The notes beneath the pieces are model-generated. The model did not search any database and was not told the DNA's origin. It worked only from the letters and a program-made list of their open reading frames with translations. From positions 28,768,001 to 28,832,000 of the forward strand of contig OZ024743.1 of the NCBI GenBank assembly GCA_964016885.1: 64,000 nucleotides of DNA, written 5' to 3'. How positions within the stretch are numbered: position 1 is the first letter of the stretch; every line of letters begins with the position of its first letter. This document shows positions 28,454-41,923 of this stretch, piece by piece. A program made the position numbers and the translations under genes. The DNA comes from Eledone cirrhosa. Lineage: Eukaryota.

Positions 28454-28647
28454 GAATAGTTTTATATATATATATATGTGTGTGTGTATATATATTTATG
28501 TGCGTGTGTATGTGTGTGTGTATGCATAGTACATAATTAGACGTTATATTTACTTACATAGGAAAATGCGATGGCACAATTTAAATAAAGTTTATTATAG
28601 AAATCTTGACCGTTATATTGTGTATATATGTAAATATATATATATAT

Positions 28648-28714
<67 letters not shown>

Positions 28715-28717
<3 letters not shown>

Positions 28718-29325
28718 GGGCGGGTAAAATTCCTGACATCCATGGACGAGTTCTCTCCAACGGTCTCTGTCCCTCATCATCGCTACCATGTCCTGTTTCT
28801 CCAAGAGACCAGTGTCTCTCCATAGCGCATCAACATATATCAACCTCGGTCTCCCTCTTCTAGTGGGACCGTGAAGGGGTTCCCACAGGAGCACTGAGTG
28901 GAGAGTCAGCTTTGGATATCGGTGAGCATGTCCAGCTAACCTCAGTCTCCTCTGCGCTACTTTCGAGCTGACTTTTGGGAGGCTCCCGTACAGGTTTGAT
29001 TTCTTCATCCTCTGTGTATACTGATTAATGTTCAGAGCCATCCTCAGCATTCTCGTGTCGCACTCATCCACCATTTGAGTAGGTTTCTTGGTCAGTGTCC
29101 AAGTCTCAGACCCGTACAGCAGTACAGACTCCACTAATGTAACGAAGAGATGGATTTTCAGGTCTTTACGACGGTCCGACTTCCACACCGATCTCAGGCT
29201 TTGATCTTCCGGCCAGGCTTTGATCTCGCCCGCCAGGCTTTGATCTTCCTCTTAACCACATCATCTTCTGTATTCCCAATCTTTGCTCCCAGATATAGGA
29301 AGTCCTCAACCAAAGCCCAAGTCAT
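28715..29325 (-). mobile_element. 5'-truncated RTE, same family as 37419-40748
   Basis: ORF 28613-29188 aligns with the C-terminus of the 1044-aa ORF (..EFYPP). Confidence 0.95.
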
Positions 29326-29590
29326 TACACCTTTTATCATATATATATATATCACTATTGACCCCTTAACTACTAACGCATTCGTAGCAAATCTATAAAT
29401 TCGCTAACGGCTGTATTCAATGAAATGATATTCTTTATCATTTGTTGTTTGTTATTACCTAAGAAATATACAGTTAACCACATAATCTAGTATCGCAAAT
29501 CTATTATGATCAACTGTTTGACTTAATGATTTAAAACTGGCGGATCCAGTCGATCTCCAGGGGAAAAAAAAAACAAGAAAGAGAGAGGGG

Positions 29591-29721
<131 letters not shown>

Positions 29722-30022
29722 GATTGCGAATAAAAGAAAATACGATCGCAGTAATAAGCTGCATTTTTTTTATCGACCCTGAAAGAAATAATTGAGATTT
29801 ATTGTGTAAAATTCAATTGTCTTTTGTGCTTATGAAAATGGAAAAGGAAGAGAAAGAATGTCATCCAAATTTTACTTTAGCAGAATTTGAACCTAGAGCG
29901 CGGAGGGCAAAAATAAATACCGCAAAACATTCTAATCGACGCCCTAATAACTTTTCAAATTCACCACAATATATATATGCATGTGTGTGTATGTCTGTGT
30001 GACTACATGAGGATGTACGCCC

Positions 30023-30059
<37 letters not shown>

Positions 30060-30269
30060 TGTGTATGTGCGTGTATTAAACGGTATTTCAACTGTTATTT
30101 CCTTCTGAAATTTAGTTTTTAATTTAATTCTTTTTGCTTTTGTATTTTTTTTCTTTTTCAAAAAGATTCGCATTTTAAATAAAATGCATATCTGTTTATA
30201 GTATCAATTATTAATGAAATTGATATTGTATATGTATGAATATATGTAGTAACACGAACAAGATCCCAG

Positions 30270-31320
30270 CAGACAGAATAGAGTAAGCTTTACCCTTGAG
30301 AATAGCGAGGGAGATGCGCTGAAAGAGCCATTCCAACTCACGGGATTAATTCCTGCCCGTACCCAATTCCATCTTGATAGCAGCGAGTACAGAGGTGGTA
30401 CGGGAATCTAGGACATCAGAGATCTCCACTGCAATAGGTTCAACGACAAATCTATCGGAAATCAGCTAATATTTTAATCCCGCCTGTTTGAGATTAGATG
30501 TGATGCCAGCACATCCAAGACATGTTCAATGATCATCTTGGGAGTGGCAAAGTGAGTGAGTACTAAGGTGACCTGCCAGCAGTGAAGGTCGAAAGCATCT
30601 ACCATGGTCCACAGTAGCATCTGTATTACTTGCAGATCCAGAAACCGAACCTCAGGGAAACATCTATGTGGAAAAAATCACTGTTCAGCTGAGTAAATTT
30701 GACCACGAAAGTACAGCATTTATCCAGGCACAGTTATAAGGTTCGGAGATGGACCGGAATCATGCTTGGCAGTGCGCAAATTTGTCCGAAGGTTTTTATC
30801 TCACTGGATTGTGTTTCATTTGCATTGGGAAGATTGAATGTTCACAGAATGGAAGTCACATATCCCGTATTCAATTCCTTGGACACAGTAGACTCCGCTG
30901 AGTTGTTGAGAACCTTGTCGATGTGCGCACGATAAGAGCTCAGTGATAAAAGAAATGCTGGCAATGACAATGAAACTCGAAACGGAAGGCCAAGGTCACC
31001 GTATCTGACAGGTAAACTAACTGGTTACCATCTAGTAGCATCGAACTGGACACTACCTATCTACTCCGCACCATTTCAGATGCAGAACTGCAACAGGAAG
31101 CACTGCAAAAAATATACAAAAGTTTTGGTACGACGAAGTAGTTCCTCGGCAAAAAGAGAGCCGGTTTCGTATCGGTGTTAAACAATGTTTTAAGCCGTCA
31201 AAGGCTATATATCAGGGTCAATCTCATGGCAGGTGGAATGATCGGTGACCCTAGGATGAGAGCGTCTGTCATCGGAGTCACTTGCACCGGGTGGAGAACC
31301 GATCGTATTTCCATGACAGA
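30270..31320 (-). mobile_element. Degenerate CRE-clade LINE fragment
   Basis: Translated pieces SLPVRYGDLG and ISLAILKGKAYSIL. Confidence 0.6.
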
Positions 31321-31372
31321 GGAATCAACTAATGTTCTTAGACGAGTTGATCTGATCTCTCTCTCTCTCTCT

Positions 31373-31491
<119 letters not shown>

Positions 31492-31641
31492 AGTGTCGTT
31501 CATGTCTTTCTTGATGTTATTGCTCCTACTTAAGTTCGACTTATAAATCATTTGGATGTTCCATAAACTACATCCTCGTTTTCTTTCACATCTATCTAGA
31601 ATATATTTTAACCTGTAATCCATATTTCATTTCTGTTACAC

Positions 31642-31715
<74 letters not shown>

Positions 31716-32319
31716 ATTTTGATAATGTTCTAAGACGAGTTGATCTGATCTCGAGACCGATCCTCGTAAGGGCAGATACTACTGAGTAAAGATCGTGGCA
31801 GATAGTTAGAACAACCCCATTTATCGTTGGTTAAGGGCACACGTCTCTTTGGAATACTCAGCCGATTACACGTTAAATTCATGAACAGGCTGTTCCGTTG
31901 ATGGAACTCGTGGAACCTTATTTTAGTGAAAGCGCCTAGTGTATCTGGACTGAGTTCTGATTTAGTGCAAGACATTTTATTTCATATTATTCCAGTCAAA
32001 TTAATTGGTTAAATTGAATTGCAATGACACTGGTGCCAAGCTGTACAGAACTTGTATGGAAGGTTAAGGTTGACATGAACTGCTAGTCTTTTATACATCT
32101 CACCTGCGATTCATTTCATTGAAATATAATTTTTAAAATACTAGTTCCGCTTCAAGTGGAGATGAAATCGCCACCGAATGAAACAGAACCAGTCGCCTCT
32201 GAGGGGAGTAATTATACAGGCACATACAGACACGCACACTCATACATACATACATACAGAAATGTAGATAGATAGATAGATGACAAATTATTTATTCTAA
32301 AATATAAGTATATATATAT

Positions 32320-32591
32320 AAACTGTGTATAAGAAGGATAAGTTGTGGTGTGCAGGAGAGAAGGCTGAGATGGTATGGACATGTAATGCGCATGGAGGAT
32401 GGCCGGTGGGTAAAGAAGTGTCAAGAAATCCCAGTAGAGGTAGACCACGTTAAACATGGGTGGAGGTGGTGAGAGCAGACCTCAGAACGCTGAAACTCAC
32501 GAGGAGATGACAAAGGACTGTGACAAGTGGAGAGATGCTGGGCTGAATAGGACCCGTCCAACCCTTGCAAGCAGAGAAAAGCGGGCGTAAA

Positions 32592-32640
<49 letters not shown>
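32320..32640 (+). mobile_element. RTE 3' end with (GAT)n tail
   Basis: Similar to 25760-26070. Confidence 0.9.
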
Positions 32641-32641
<1 letters not shown>

Positions 32642-32859
32642 ATATATATATGTGTGCGTGTCAAGCGCACTATTCCCCTTTCCTTTTTCATTACATCTGG
32701 CTCAAAACAGAACATGAATGGTACTGTTGACACATTGATTTGGCTGGGGACGTCTAGCTAAAAGTCATAATACTTCACCCAGCAAATTTCATGTTCTTCT
32801 GACTCGTTGAGCTGGACGTTATCACAACATCGAACTCACCTCTCTAAATTATAAGCTAC

Positions 32860-34530
32860 AAATAACTGCAATAATAAAAAAGAAAAAAGAAACAAAAGAA
32901 AAAGATGATAGGAAAATATAGAGAAAAGGAAAGAAAAAAGAGAAAAAGAGAGAAAAAAAGAGAAAAAGAAAGAAAAAAGAGAAAAAGAAAGAAAAAAGAA
33001 AAAGAAAAAAAGAAGAAAAGAAATAAAAAGAGAAAAAGAAAGAAATGAAAAAAGAAAGAAAGAAGAAGAAAGAAAGAAAAAGAGTAAAAAAAGAAAAATG
33101 AGAAAATAAAAAAAGAGAAAAAGAGAGAAAGATGAACGGGAAGGGGAGGGGATGGCAAGAACTCTGGTATCACAAAAGAGAGGGGTGGGGTGAAGGGGGA
33201 TGGTGATTGGACTTTGGGCCTAGGGCCTGGGGGCAGGAGTGCTGCACTCCGCGGACAATACGGCAAAAGCATTCCCGCGGACCATGGCTAGTGACACCCG
33301 CTGCAACAGCCACCCAACCTTGCAGGACTCTCTTCTCAAACGGGCTGCCGACGTTCCGATCTTGCGGAGGAGCTCGGCAGTATGGGGTCCAAGTACGCCT
33401 GAGGTCTCTATAGCAACCGGTGCGAAGAGGAAGCGGCCAGACACACCCCGGTATTTATTTATTTTGCGTTCTTCTGCGAGGCGGGCCATGATGACCGAAG
33501 CGACTAAGTTGGGGGGGCGAAGAACGTGTCGCAGCAAGTGGCGTTCCAGATGAGGAATCTCCCTCCTTCGAATGAGAAGAGGGTGATTCTATCGGGGCGC
33601 TTACCATCTCCGCGGTTAAGGCCAGCTGGCTGCAGTTGAGATGGAAAGCCAGCTGCGTCCAGGCTCCTTCTCAGTATGTCGTTGAGAGCGGCGTGTCGGG
33701 GGGAACCGGCCTTTCTCTGGCGGCAAGACAGATGGTGCAGGCCGAACTTGTCGACAACCGTCCCACAGCGGCATTTATGTGGCTCACATACGTGGAGGCC
33801 AAGGCGTTGGGCTACTTCGATGCAAGTGCACTCATCATCAAGAGGAGTACCGGTTGATGAGGAGATCATCGAATTGAGTCACGTGTCGCTGTTGGGCTGA
33901 GAACTGGAGCGGAGACAGGCGAGGTGGTGTTGGTTCTTCCAGACTTGATCCGCCTGACAGAAGACCTGCAATTGATGTTGTCCCAATTACATTGGACCGT
34001 AGTATACTGGGGGATACAGAGGTATTCTCCTGTCCAGTAGGCCAGAGACTGTCCTATCTCATGAGAAGATCTGTGTAGGCGTGGCTAGGTGTACCACGCA
34101 GGGTAAATGTGCATTTGGGTAGGGCAAAACAGTTCTTCAAGAGGAAGAGAGCAGGATGATCGTCAACGGGGCGCAGCCTCTCAGCTAATCGGGAAAAATC
34201 TGTTTGCTTGGTCTCCAGGCCTTCTCTTATGTCTTTCGGGAGATTGGGGGAGCCGAGAATGCATGCGACGTCCTTGGGTGTCAGCCGAGCCCCGGCCAGG
34301 ATGGGATGGGAGCAGAGTACGGCGTTGCGGAATTCGGCCTCTCCGTAGCTCATGTTGGTCACTTCAGACTTGGTTGGGTCGATTTCAAGTCCAAGGAGCT
34401 TTAAAGCTGGGCTGATTTGTCGAAGGTCCTCAATTACCGTCTCAGCCGGGCCACCCAGGTTCACGTCATCGAGATACCAGACGATGATGGCTGACCGTAC
34501 TGATCGGGTTACGTCGTCGACTGCTAGCGC
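32860..34530 (-). mobile_element. CRE-clade RLE LINE, 3' part, frameshifted
   Basis: VWYLDDVNLGG at about 34455-34480, CRCG..HHLSC, RHAALND, DGKRPD, PVAIETSGVLG and RGNA, then a pyrimidine-rich 3' tract. Confidence 0.85.
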
Positions 34531-34749
34531 GAATTTCCACGATATCTGGATCCTTCAAAATCTGTAAAACATCGTACGATTCAAAGGATGAACGGTTACA
34601 CACATCGTTGCAACCGGGAAAAAGGCCGGTCAGAAAAATTAGGAGAAAAAGAGAACGTACACATACATACATACATACACACGCATACATTCACACACAC
34701 ACCCCCACCCCCCACCCCACACACACAAATATAGATATGTATATATATA

Positions 34750-34826
34750 CAGGGTGTCCCAAAAATGTACACATACTTCAACAGCATTCTAATAAATATG
34801 TGTATACATTTTTGGAGGACACCCTG
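34750..34826. mobile_element. 77-bp Tc1/mariner-type MITE
   Basis: TIRs CAGGGTGTCC..aaaaatgtaYaca and TA flanks. Confidence 0.8.
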
Positions 34827-35699
34827 TATATATAAATATGAATGTGTGTGGTGTTTACATGTATGTTTGTGTACACATGCTGAACTGCTGCAAGATTATA
34901 TAGAATCACAACAATTGTCTAGAGCAACCATGTTGTATATATGGAAAATTTCTCAAATTTCTGAATAGCATGTGAGATACCTTTATCAATATACAGATAT
35001 ACAAATGTTGCGTTGAAGGTTTTTTGCATCTCACGTTTGGAATGGAAATAGTTTGCTTACTATAATTTCTTAAATGGATATTATGGATATGCGTGTTGAC
35101 TACTCAAGAAAGTAGTCAGACCAATTTTACTGAAATTTCCTTCCTGATGTTGAAAATATGTTTATCTGCTGCTTTTCTTCTAGTATCTTCCATTATTTAC
35201 TTCGTCTCCTTAATATTCATAGTCGTTATGACGTTGGATTAAATGCCACGCATTGTTTCCTTTTAAGTTTCTTTTAAGTTTCTCAAGTATAACAAAACTT
35301 CGACAATCTCCGGCAATCGTCGTATATAATCGAGCAATAAAATGACTTTTAGCGGTACCTGATTTATCCTGTTACTTTATGTATTTATTGTTGAAATAAC
35401 TATAAATAAAATCTAAACACAGCAGATTTCTTCCAGAGAAGGATAGAGAGTGAGAAAGAGATATAGTGGACTGGAACATTTTCATCGACCTCGAAAGGAT
35501 GAAAGACAACTTAAACTCAGCGAGATCTGAACTCAGAGGGAAGAGAGCCGGAACGAATACCCCAAAGCATTTTATCTAACGTTCTAACCGCTCTGCTAGT
35601 TCGCCGACTTATATTGATCTGTATTCCTAACTGTAAAAGATTCGATCCACCACATTGAAAATAATATTCGCTGAGTGAGACTGTTCACTTCGTAATACC

Positions 35700-36340
35700 T
35701 CTATTCAATGGAATATAGTCCATGTAAGTATAGAAACACACCATATAAGTATACAGTTATGTATAGTCCGTCTAGTTGTATATGGGTAAAATATAAGAGT
35801 ATAGTCCACCTTGCTTAAATAGGTACCACTGTCTGTAAGTAATGTGCTCTAGTCATTCTCTAACTGTGTCTATAATTAGTTAATTTTCTATATAGATAAG
35901 GTTATGGTCCGAACGTGGAAAAGCCGAACTCCCACTGTCATCGCCTCCATCTCTCAGGCGGCCCTCCCTATCTCTCTGTATGGTGAGCAAATGGGGTCTC
36001 AGTGCCGGCCTCCCCACAGCTCCGGCGGACAGAATGGAGAAGGCGTTTCCCCGGAGGATGGTAAGGTAGATGCGCTAAGTTGTAATGCATTTAACATTAG
36101 TAACATTAGAATGTACAGTAAAGTGGAGACAGAATTCATCCAGCTGCTAGTAGATGTCTTGTGCCGAGGTATATGTAACATAGCTGAAGATGTGTAACCG
36201 ATGAATGCACAGTTCAGTCATCTCTCAGTAAGAAGAACGAGTCGGTATCTCCAAGATTGGTGGGAGAGGGATTACTCTCAATATGGACGTTTACAACACC
36301 GCGGATAATAGGTACTATTTCAGTGTATCCTTCACTGATT
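35700..36340 (-). mobile_element. CRE-clade 3' fragment
   Basis: One frame reads LTILRGNAFSILSA at about 36030-36070. Confidence 0.65.
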
Positions 36341-36344
36341 AGGT

Positions 36345-36527
36345 CATAATTGTTTCTACTTTTGGCACAAGGCTAGCAATTACCCAGTACATTACTGGAA
36401 CTTTATTTAATTGTCCCCGTAAGGATAAAAGGTAAAGTTAACCTCGACGGGATTTGAACTCAGACCGTAAAGGGACGTAACTATGCTGGAAAGCATGGCG
36501 TCCGACTCTCTACCGATACTGCCAATA
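36345..36527 (-). mobile_element. tRNA-derived SINE, family A
   Basis: Reverse complement of the 55858-56043 type. Confidence 0.85.
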
Positions 36528-37418
36528 TAAAACCAAACACGTCCGGAGTTATCTCTCATATTTGCTGAAACAATTAAAATATTAGTTCTAATTAACCTTT
36601 TGGTGTCCCTTTTACATTAAACGTGTTAACACCAACCTAATTATTCTTAGTTAAAGATTTGCTTCACCACTTATGTATTAGTTACTCTGGTTACATAAGA
36701 ATTCAGTTAATTCCATGATATGATATTCAGCCAGTCTGTTCAAGGTTTAACTACTATCGATTCTCTTTTTGGTTAAAGATCAATTTCATGATATACTCTG
36801 AAACAACTTTAAAGAAGATCAAGAAGTTACTGTGGCATTCCAGTGTTAAAGTTTGGAATACAGACTTATTTCAACGAGGAGCCTAATTATCTATTTGACT
36901 AAGAACAGTAATTGTTCGTCTATTGACATTAATGTAGCCAATCACCATACAACTAAATGGAGCTTTTTCACTAAAGCTTACGCATCAGTTTGTTGGAATA
37001 AATGGATTAGAAACATTAAGAAATCAATGTAGAAGAACGAGCTATGTTTAGACTCATTAATAATGAATACGTAGTTAAATACATGAACTGAAAACTTTTC
37101 AAATTGAGAGAAAGTGATCGTATCCGTTTTAAACTATTTTATTTCTTTGAAATGCTCAGTTTTAAATGCATGATCACTTGACTAGATTAATTAAAAGTTT
37201 AATAAAGATAATTTCCAGAGTTAAGTACATTATAGTTGGGCTAGATGCGGTTACTACTGTATAGAAAAAAGAAAGAGATGCTACAGTGGTTGGTTAGGGA
37301 GTGAAGGTTTGCGTATTATAGAAATACATTTTCCTTATTTAGATGCGACCTAGAAAATTTGTCTTTGTAAAAGCTGTTAGACTCACAAATATAAGCAATG
37401 TTCCAACATAATTTAAAC

Positions 37419-40400
37419 ATCTATCTATCTATCTATCTAAGGCGGGTAAAATTCCCGAGATCCATGGACGAGTTCTCTCCAGCGGACTCTGTCCCTCATT
37501 ATCGCTGCCACGTCCTGCGTCTCCAACAGACCAGTGTCTGTCCTTAGGGCATCAACATATGTTAACCTTGGTCTTCCTCTTCCAGTGTGTCCATGTAGGG
37601 GCTCCCAAAGGAGCACTGAGTGCAATGTCAACTCTGGATGTCGGTGAGCATGTCCAGCCAACCTCAGTCTCCTCTGTGTCACTTTTGAGCTGACTTTTGG
37701 GAGGCTCCCATACAGCTCTGAGTTTTTCATCCTCAGTGTATACTGATTAATGTTAAGAGCCATCCTCAGCATTCTCGTGTAGCACCCATCCACCATCTGA
37801 GTGAGTCTCTTGGTCAGTGTCCAAGTCTCAGACCCATACAGCAGCACAGACTCCACTACAGCAATGAAGAGGCGGATTTTCAGGTCTCTACGAAGGTCCG
37901 ACTTCCACACCGATCTCAAGCTGTGGCACGCCGCCCAGGCCTTGCTCTTCCTCTCAACCACATCATCTTCTGTATTCCCAATCTTTGCTCTCAAATACAG
38001 GAAGTCCTCAACCAATTCCAGCGGCTTCCCGCCTACATTAGTGATCCCCTCTGGCTTCTCAACATTCTCTACCAGATATTTTGTTTTCGTCTCATTCATT
38101 CTCAGCCCCACACTCATCGACACAGTCTCAACCTCCCGCATCAAATCCTCTGCCTCCTTCACTGTATTTGTCACCAAAACTATGTCGTCGGCAAATTCAG
38201 CATCCGATACCTTTTTCGCCCCAACTCTCCTGCTCTGAGCCGGTGCTACAGTAAAGCCAGAGTCCTGGTGTTTCTCCAGTGCAAGGCGCATACAATAGTC
38301 CACTACGATGATAAAAAGGTAGGGAGCCAATGTATCTCCCTGGAGCACTCCAGCCAGTATCTCAAAGAACTCTGTCATCCCATCAGGTGTAATGACTTGG
38401 GCTTTGGTGTTGGTGTAGAGCAGTGATATCAGGTCCACTATCCTCTTGGGGATTCCATAAGCCTGTAAGATCTTCATCAGGCAGTAACGGTCCACAGAAT
38501 CAAAGGCCTTCCTAAAGTCAATGAAAACCATGACCGCAGGAAGGCACTTTGCTCTAGCTCCCTCTAATATCCTCCTCAGCATCAGGATGTGACTGGTGGT
38601 TGATCTACCCTCTCTGAAGCCGTTCTGGTTGTCCCTGAGCTTCTTCTCCATCTCAGGCTGGATCCTGTTAAGAATCATCCTGTTGAGGGTCTTTGCCACA
38701 AGTGACGTCAGTGAGATCCCCCGGTAGTTGTTGGTGTTAGAGAGATCTCCCTTCTTTGGCACTGGGACGATGTTACTGATCCTCCACTGATTCGGGGCAA
38801 CTCCTTTCTCCAGTGCCCCGTTACAGAACCCCAGGATGATATCATCAAAATCACACCACTTCATCACCTCTGATGCCACTCCATCTTCTCCATGAGCCTT
38901 GCCCTCCTTGATCTTCTTCTTGGCTCTCTGAAGCTCCTCTCTGGTGAAGGGCTCTGTCTCAACATCCAGTTCCTCAAACAGCCGCCTGATCTCCCCAGTG
39001 CTCTGGGCTGTGGAGGGTGGCTCTCCTAGTAGGGTCCTAAAATGGTCTAGCCATTTCCTCTTCCTATCCTCGGGCCCCGTTCCCTGGATCTGACTCGAAC
39101 ACCTTTTCTTCCTCCCTGTGATCTCGTTGATGATCATCCAGCTCTCCTTACATCCAGATCTGTCAACCGCTCTCTCCACACTTCTGATCTTCTCTATCAG
39201 TGCCTCCTCTCTGACCTCAGTGTAAGCGGTACAGAGCTCTTCCCTCATCACCTCCACAGTCTCCATCCTCTCCTCCGTAGGATCAGCATAGAATTGGTCC
39301 CTGGCAGCTTTCAGGTGTTCTCTGGCTGCACACACTTTTGGGTCTGCAGAGCTGACGTGCTTCCCTTTGTTCTTTTTCCTCGGCACCAGGGTTTCACTTG
39401 CTTTCGCCACTGCATTGGTGAAGTGCCCGTACCTCCTCGTCACACTCTCCTCAGTCCATCCAATCTCTCTCTCCTCTGACTCTCCACACAGAGCACTAAA
39501 CCTGTTTCTCACTTCCACTGTGAACCTCTCCTGTAGATTATCATCTTCCTTGAAAGCTCCCCAGTCATAGATTGTTCTCCGGGGCTGAGCCTTGCTCTTT
39601 CTTAAGCTCACGCGGACCTCACTCATAACAAGCCGGTGGTCACTACCCAGTGTACTGAAATAGCTGTATGGTTCCGTGTTCAGAACACTATTCCGCCACT
39701 TTTTCCTCACCAGAATGAAATCAATCTGGGACTTGGACAGGTGCATATCTGAGATGTAGGTCCACATCTTCCCCAGATTCTTCCTAAACCTTAGGTTGGT
39801 CGCCATCAAGTTCGCCTCCAGCAGGGTGTCTCTCAGTAGTCTTCCATTTCGGTTGGTGTTGTTATGGAAGTACCAGCAAGGATCTTCACTGCCCTCCTTA
39901 CTCAGATGTGCATTGAAGTCCCCCAAAACAAGCAGGATATTGTGTGGCTGAGTGGTGTTGACAGCTCTACACACTTCCTCATGGAACTCCTCGGCATTCA
40001 CATCACTGTCCCCCTCGGTTGGACTATAGGCTGAGATGACTGTCAGTCTTGGGTTTCCATTGAAGGTCACCCTCAACACTCGCGGGGAGATAGGCATTAT
40101 TTCCCTCACCAACAGATTGGTTTTTGCACTGAACACAAAACCCACTCCTCCTACTGCAGCATTTGTTGTGTTCTTCACTGCCGATGTAGTGGTGAGCTGG
40201 CTCTTCCTCCCGATCATCACACTCCTCACGGGCTCATCGTGTAGAATCCTGTGTTCTTGGATCGCAAGTATCTGTATACCACTCTCCTCGAACAGATGTC
40301 CCAACTCCTCTCTCTTCTCCAGCGTTCGAATAGTCCTCACATTCAAAGTGCCCATTTTGATGGCTCTTCTGCAGGACAAAACTGCATTCTTTATATTTGT

Positions 40401-40748
40401 CTCAGAGACAGCTGATCCATCATCCACTGGCCCTCTCTGTGGCTCTAAGCCAGCAGAGTCATAACGACCAGGCTGCTCCTTGACAGTGTAATTAGGGGCT
40501 CTAACCCTAGTGCTGTTAGATCGGCTCTCCATATTTCTTTTCAATGGCTGACAATACCTTACCGGCGCCACTCGAATAAGGTAGTTATTTAACCCATAAA
40601 TGGAGCCCTAACAGGTACTACCACCCCGGGCCAGGGCAGACCTGGGAGTCATGACAACTAAGGGGTAACTCCATATTCCCCACATCTCCTGAACTCCCGA
40701 ACTGGAGCCTTGCCACTGGATGTAGTTTAATGTCATACCCAAGACATA
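37419..40748 (-). mobile_element. Apparently full-length RTE-clade LINE
   Basis: About 180-nt leader, a single long ORF, and a stop codon running into an (ATAG)n tail. Confidence 0.95.
37437..40571 (-). CDS. APE endonuclease-reverse transcriptase, 1044 aa
   Basis: APE motifs GTLNVRT, IQE, AYSPT, GDFNAH, IDFIL, SDH. RT motifs NYRGISL, QNGFR, FIDFRKAFDSV, GVLQGD, FADD. RTE tail RRLRLAGH. The track start is GTG; the first ATG is at MESRS. Confidence 0.95.
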   Translation of the reverse strand: MAPVRYCQPLKRNMESRSNSTRVRAPNYTVKEQPGRYDSAGLEPQRGPVDDGSAVSETNIKNAVLSCRRAIKMGTLNVRTIRTLEKREELGHLFEESGIQILAIQEHRILHDEPVRSVMIGRKSQLTTTSAVKNTTNAAVGGVGFVFSAKTNLLVREIMPISPRVLRVTFNGNPRLTVISAYSPTEGDSDVNAEEFHEEVCRAVNTTQPHNILLVLGDFNAHLSKEGSEDPCWYFHNNTNRNGRLLRDTLLEANLMATNLRFRKNLGKMWTYISDMHLSKSQIDFILVRKKWRNSVLNTEPYSYFSTLGSDHRLVMSEVRVSLRKSKAQPRRTIYDWGAFKEDDNLQERFTVEVRNRFSALCGESEEREIGWTEESVTRRYGHFTNAVAKASETLVPRKKNKGKHVSSADPKVCAAREHLKAARDQFYADPTEERMETVEVMREELCTAYTEVREEALIEKIRSVERAVDRSGCKESWMIINEITGRKKRCSSQIQGTGPEDRKRKWLDHFRTLLGEPPSTAQSTGEIRRLFEELDVETEPFTREELQRAKKKIKEGKAHGEDGVASEVMKWCDFDDIILGFCNGALEKGVAPNQWRISNIVPVPKKGDLSNTNNYRGISLTSLVAKTLNRMILNRIQPEMEKKLRDNQNGFREGRSTTSHILMLRRILEGARAKCLPAVMVFIDFRKAFDSVDRYCLMKILQAYGIPKRIVDLISLLYTNTKAQVITPDGMTEFFEILAGVLQGDTLAPYLFIIVVDYCMRLALEKHQDSGFTVAPAQSRRVGAKKVSDAEFADDIVLVTNTVKEAEDLMREVETVSMSVGLRMNETKTKYLVENVEKPEGITNVGGKPLELVEDFLYLRAKIGNTEDDVVERKSKAWAACHSLRSVWKSDLRRDLKIRLFIAVVESVLLYGSETWTLTKRLTQMVDGCYTRMLRMALNINQYTLRMKNSELYGSLPKVSSKVTQRRLRLAGHAHRHPELTLHSVLLWEPLHGHTGRGRPRLTYVDALRTDTGLLETQDVAAIMRDRVRWRELVHGSREFYPP

Positions 40749-40982
40749 TGTCTGCTAAAGAATCAAGAACTGTTGAGAGAAGGGATATTGTCTCAAGTTC
40801 TGAAGTTGAAAAGCTGTGCAACATTGTTTATACTTAAATAAATATAGCGACAAAGAGGATCAAGGTTGCAGATGTATTTCCTCGATAATGTGTTGTCTTT
40901 GTGCTCTTAAATGAGACTGATATGGCTCCCTTTTGTTCATGATCACACACAGACATGCACACACATACACACATGCACACAA

Positions 40983-41045
<63 letters not shown>

Positions 41046-41244
41046 TACACACATACATATGCATTCATAATTTACTGATTACAACATTTTATGTAAAGAT
41101 GCTCGAATCCTTCAGTTTACTTCACCTTCTCCCGCGTGACTCTCCGGATATCGCTATATCTCATTTAATATTTATTCAAATGACTTGCAATGTTTCTCTC
41201 CCTTATAGACTTTAAACGTAATCAAATATCTATGGAACTATGCA

Positions 41245-41810
41245 GAACAACTGCTGTCGCGTATGGGACAAATACAGTTGACTGCCGAGTCCATAGTAAG
41301 GATCAAACCGCCAGACTCTTTCAAAAACGAAAGAGAGGCGGTTTTCCTCTGTACGGTGGCTATGGTGAAAGAAGTTATATGGTGGACGAGGTTGAGAGGA
41401 CTGAGGACAGATGCCTTTCTCTCAGGACAACAATTGATTCCCTTCTTTAAGTATCACTTTAGAAGGAGAATCAGGGTGGAGAGAGAGGCACTGCACCCCA
41501 GTAAATTTACTGAAAGGTGGGTGAATGAAGCGAAAATGGCCAGAGTGATTGGGCCTTCTCTGTTTATAAGCCTGTAGGTTGAGGAAGAGAGCAAAAGGAA
41601 GAAAGGAGCACTTGCACAACACGCTCCTCGAGTTGAGGGTTGTTCTATCGACGGGGTATTAAACAACCCATTTGTGGCGCCTCCCCCCTATTGGGGATTT
41701 CGATTGTTGAAATTGTTTGTTTTTATATTTTTTACACGACTGTATGTAAAATCCCCGGCATGTCTTTGTATTGTCCCCTTTCTTGTTGCGCCCTTGTGGC
41801 TAATAAAGAA
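41245..41810 (+). mobile_element. L1/Tx1-like LINE 3' end, copy 1
   Basis: C-terminal peptide KEVIWWTRL..FFKYHFRRRIRVER..FTERW, then AATAAA and (TCTA)n. Confidence 0.6.
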
Positions 41811-41881
41811 ATCTATCTATATATCTATCTATTTATCTATCTACCTATCAATCTGTCTATCTATCTATCTGTCTGCCTGCA

Positions 41882-41915
<34 letters not shown>

Positions 41916-41923
41916 TCTATCTG

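Noticed and set aside
35999-36181. ORF resembling a secreted peptide (MNSVSTLLYILMLLML..) with downstream in-frame TGA codons
   Set aside because: Another frame reads LTILRGNAFSILSA, the CRE LINE C-terminus, so it is a TE remnant.
36540-37410. Possible host exons in unique-looking AT-rich DNA (also 22.3-23.1 and 50.0-50.45 kb)
   Set aside because: No recognisable protein motif or convincing splice-bounded frame. Small exons cannot be excluded without RNA-seq.
37801-40464. Plus-strand ORFs within the RTE
   Set aside because: Antisense shadows of the long coding frame.
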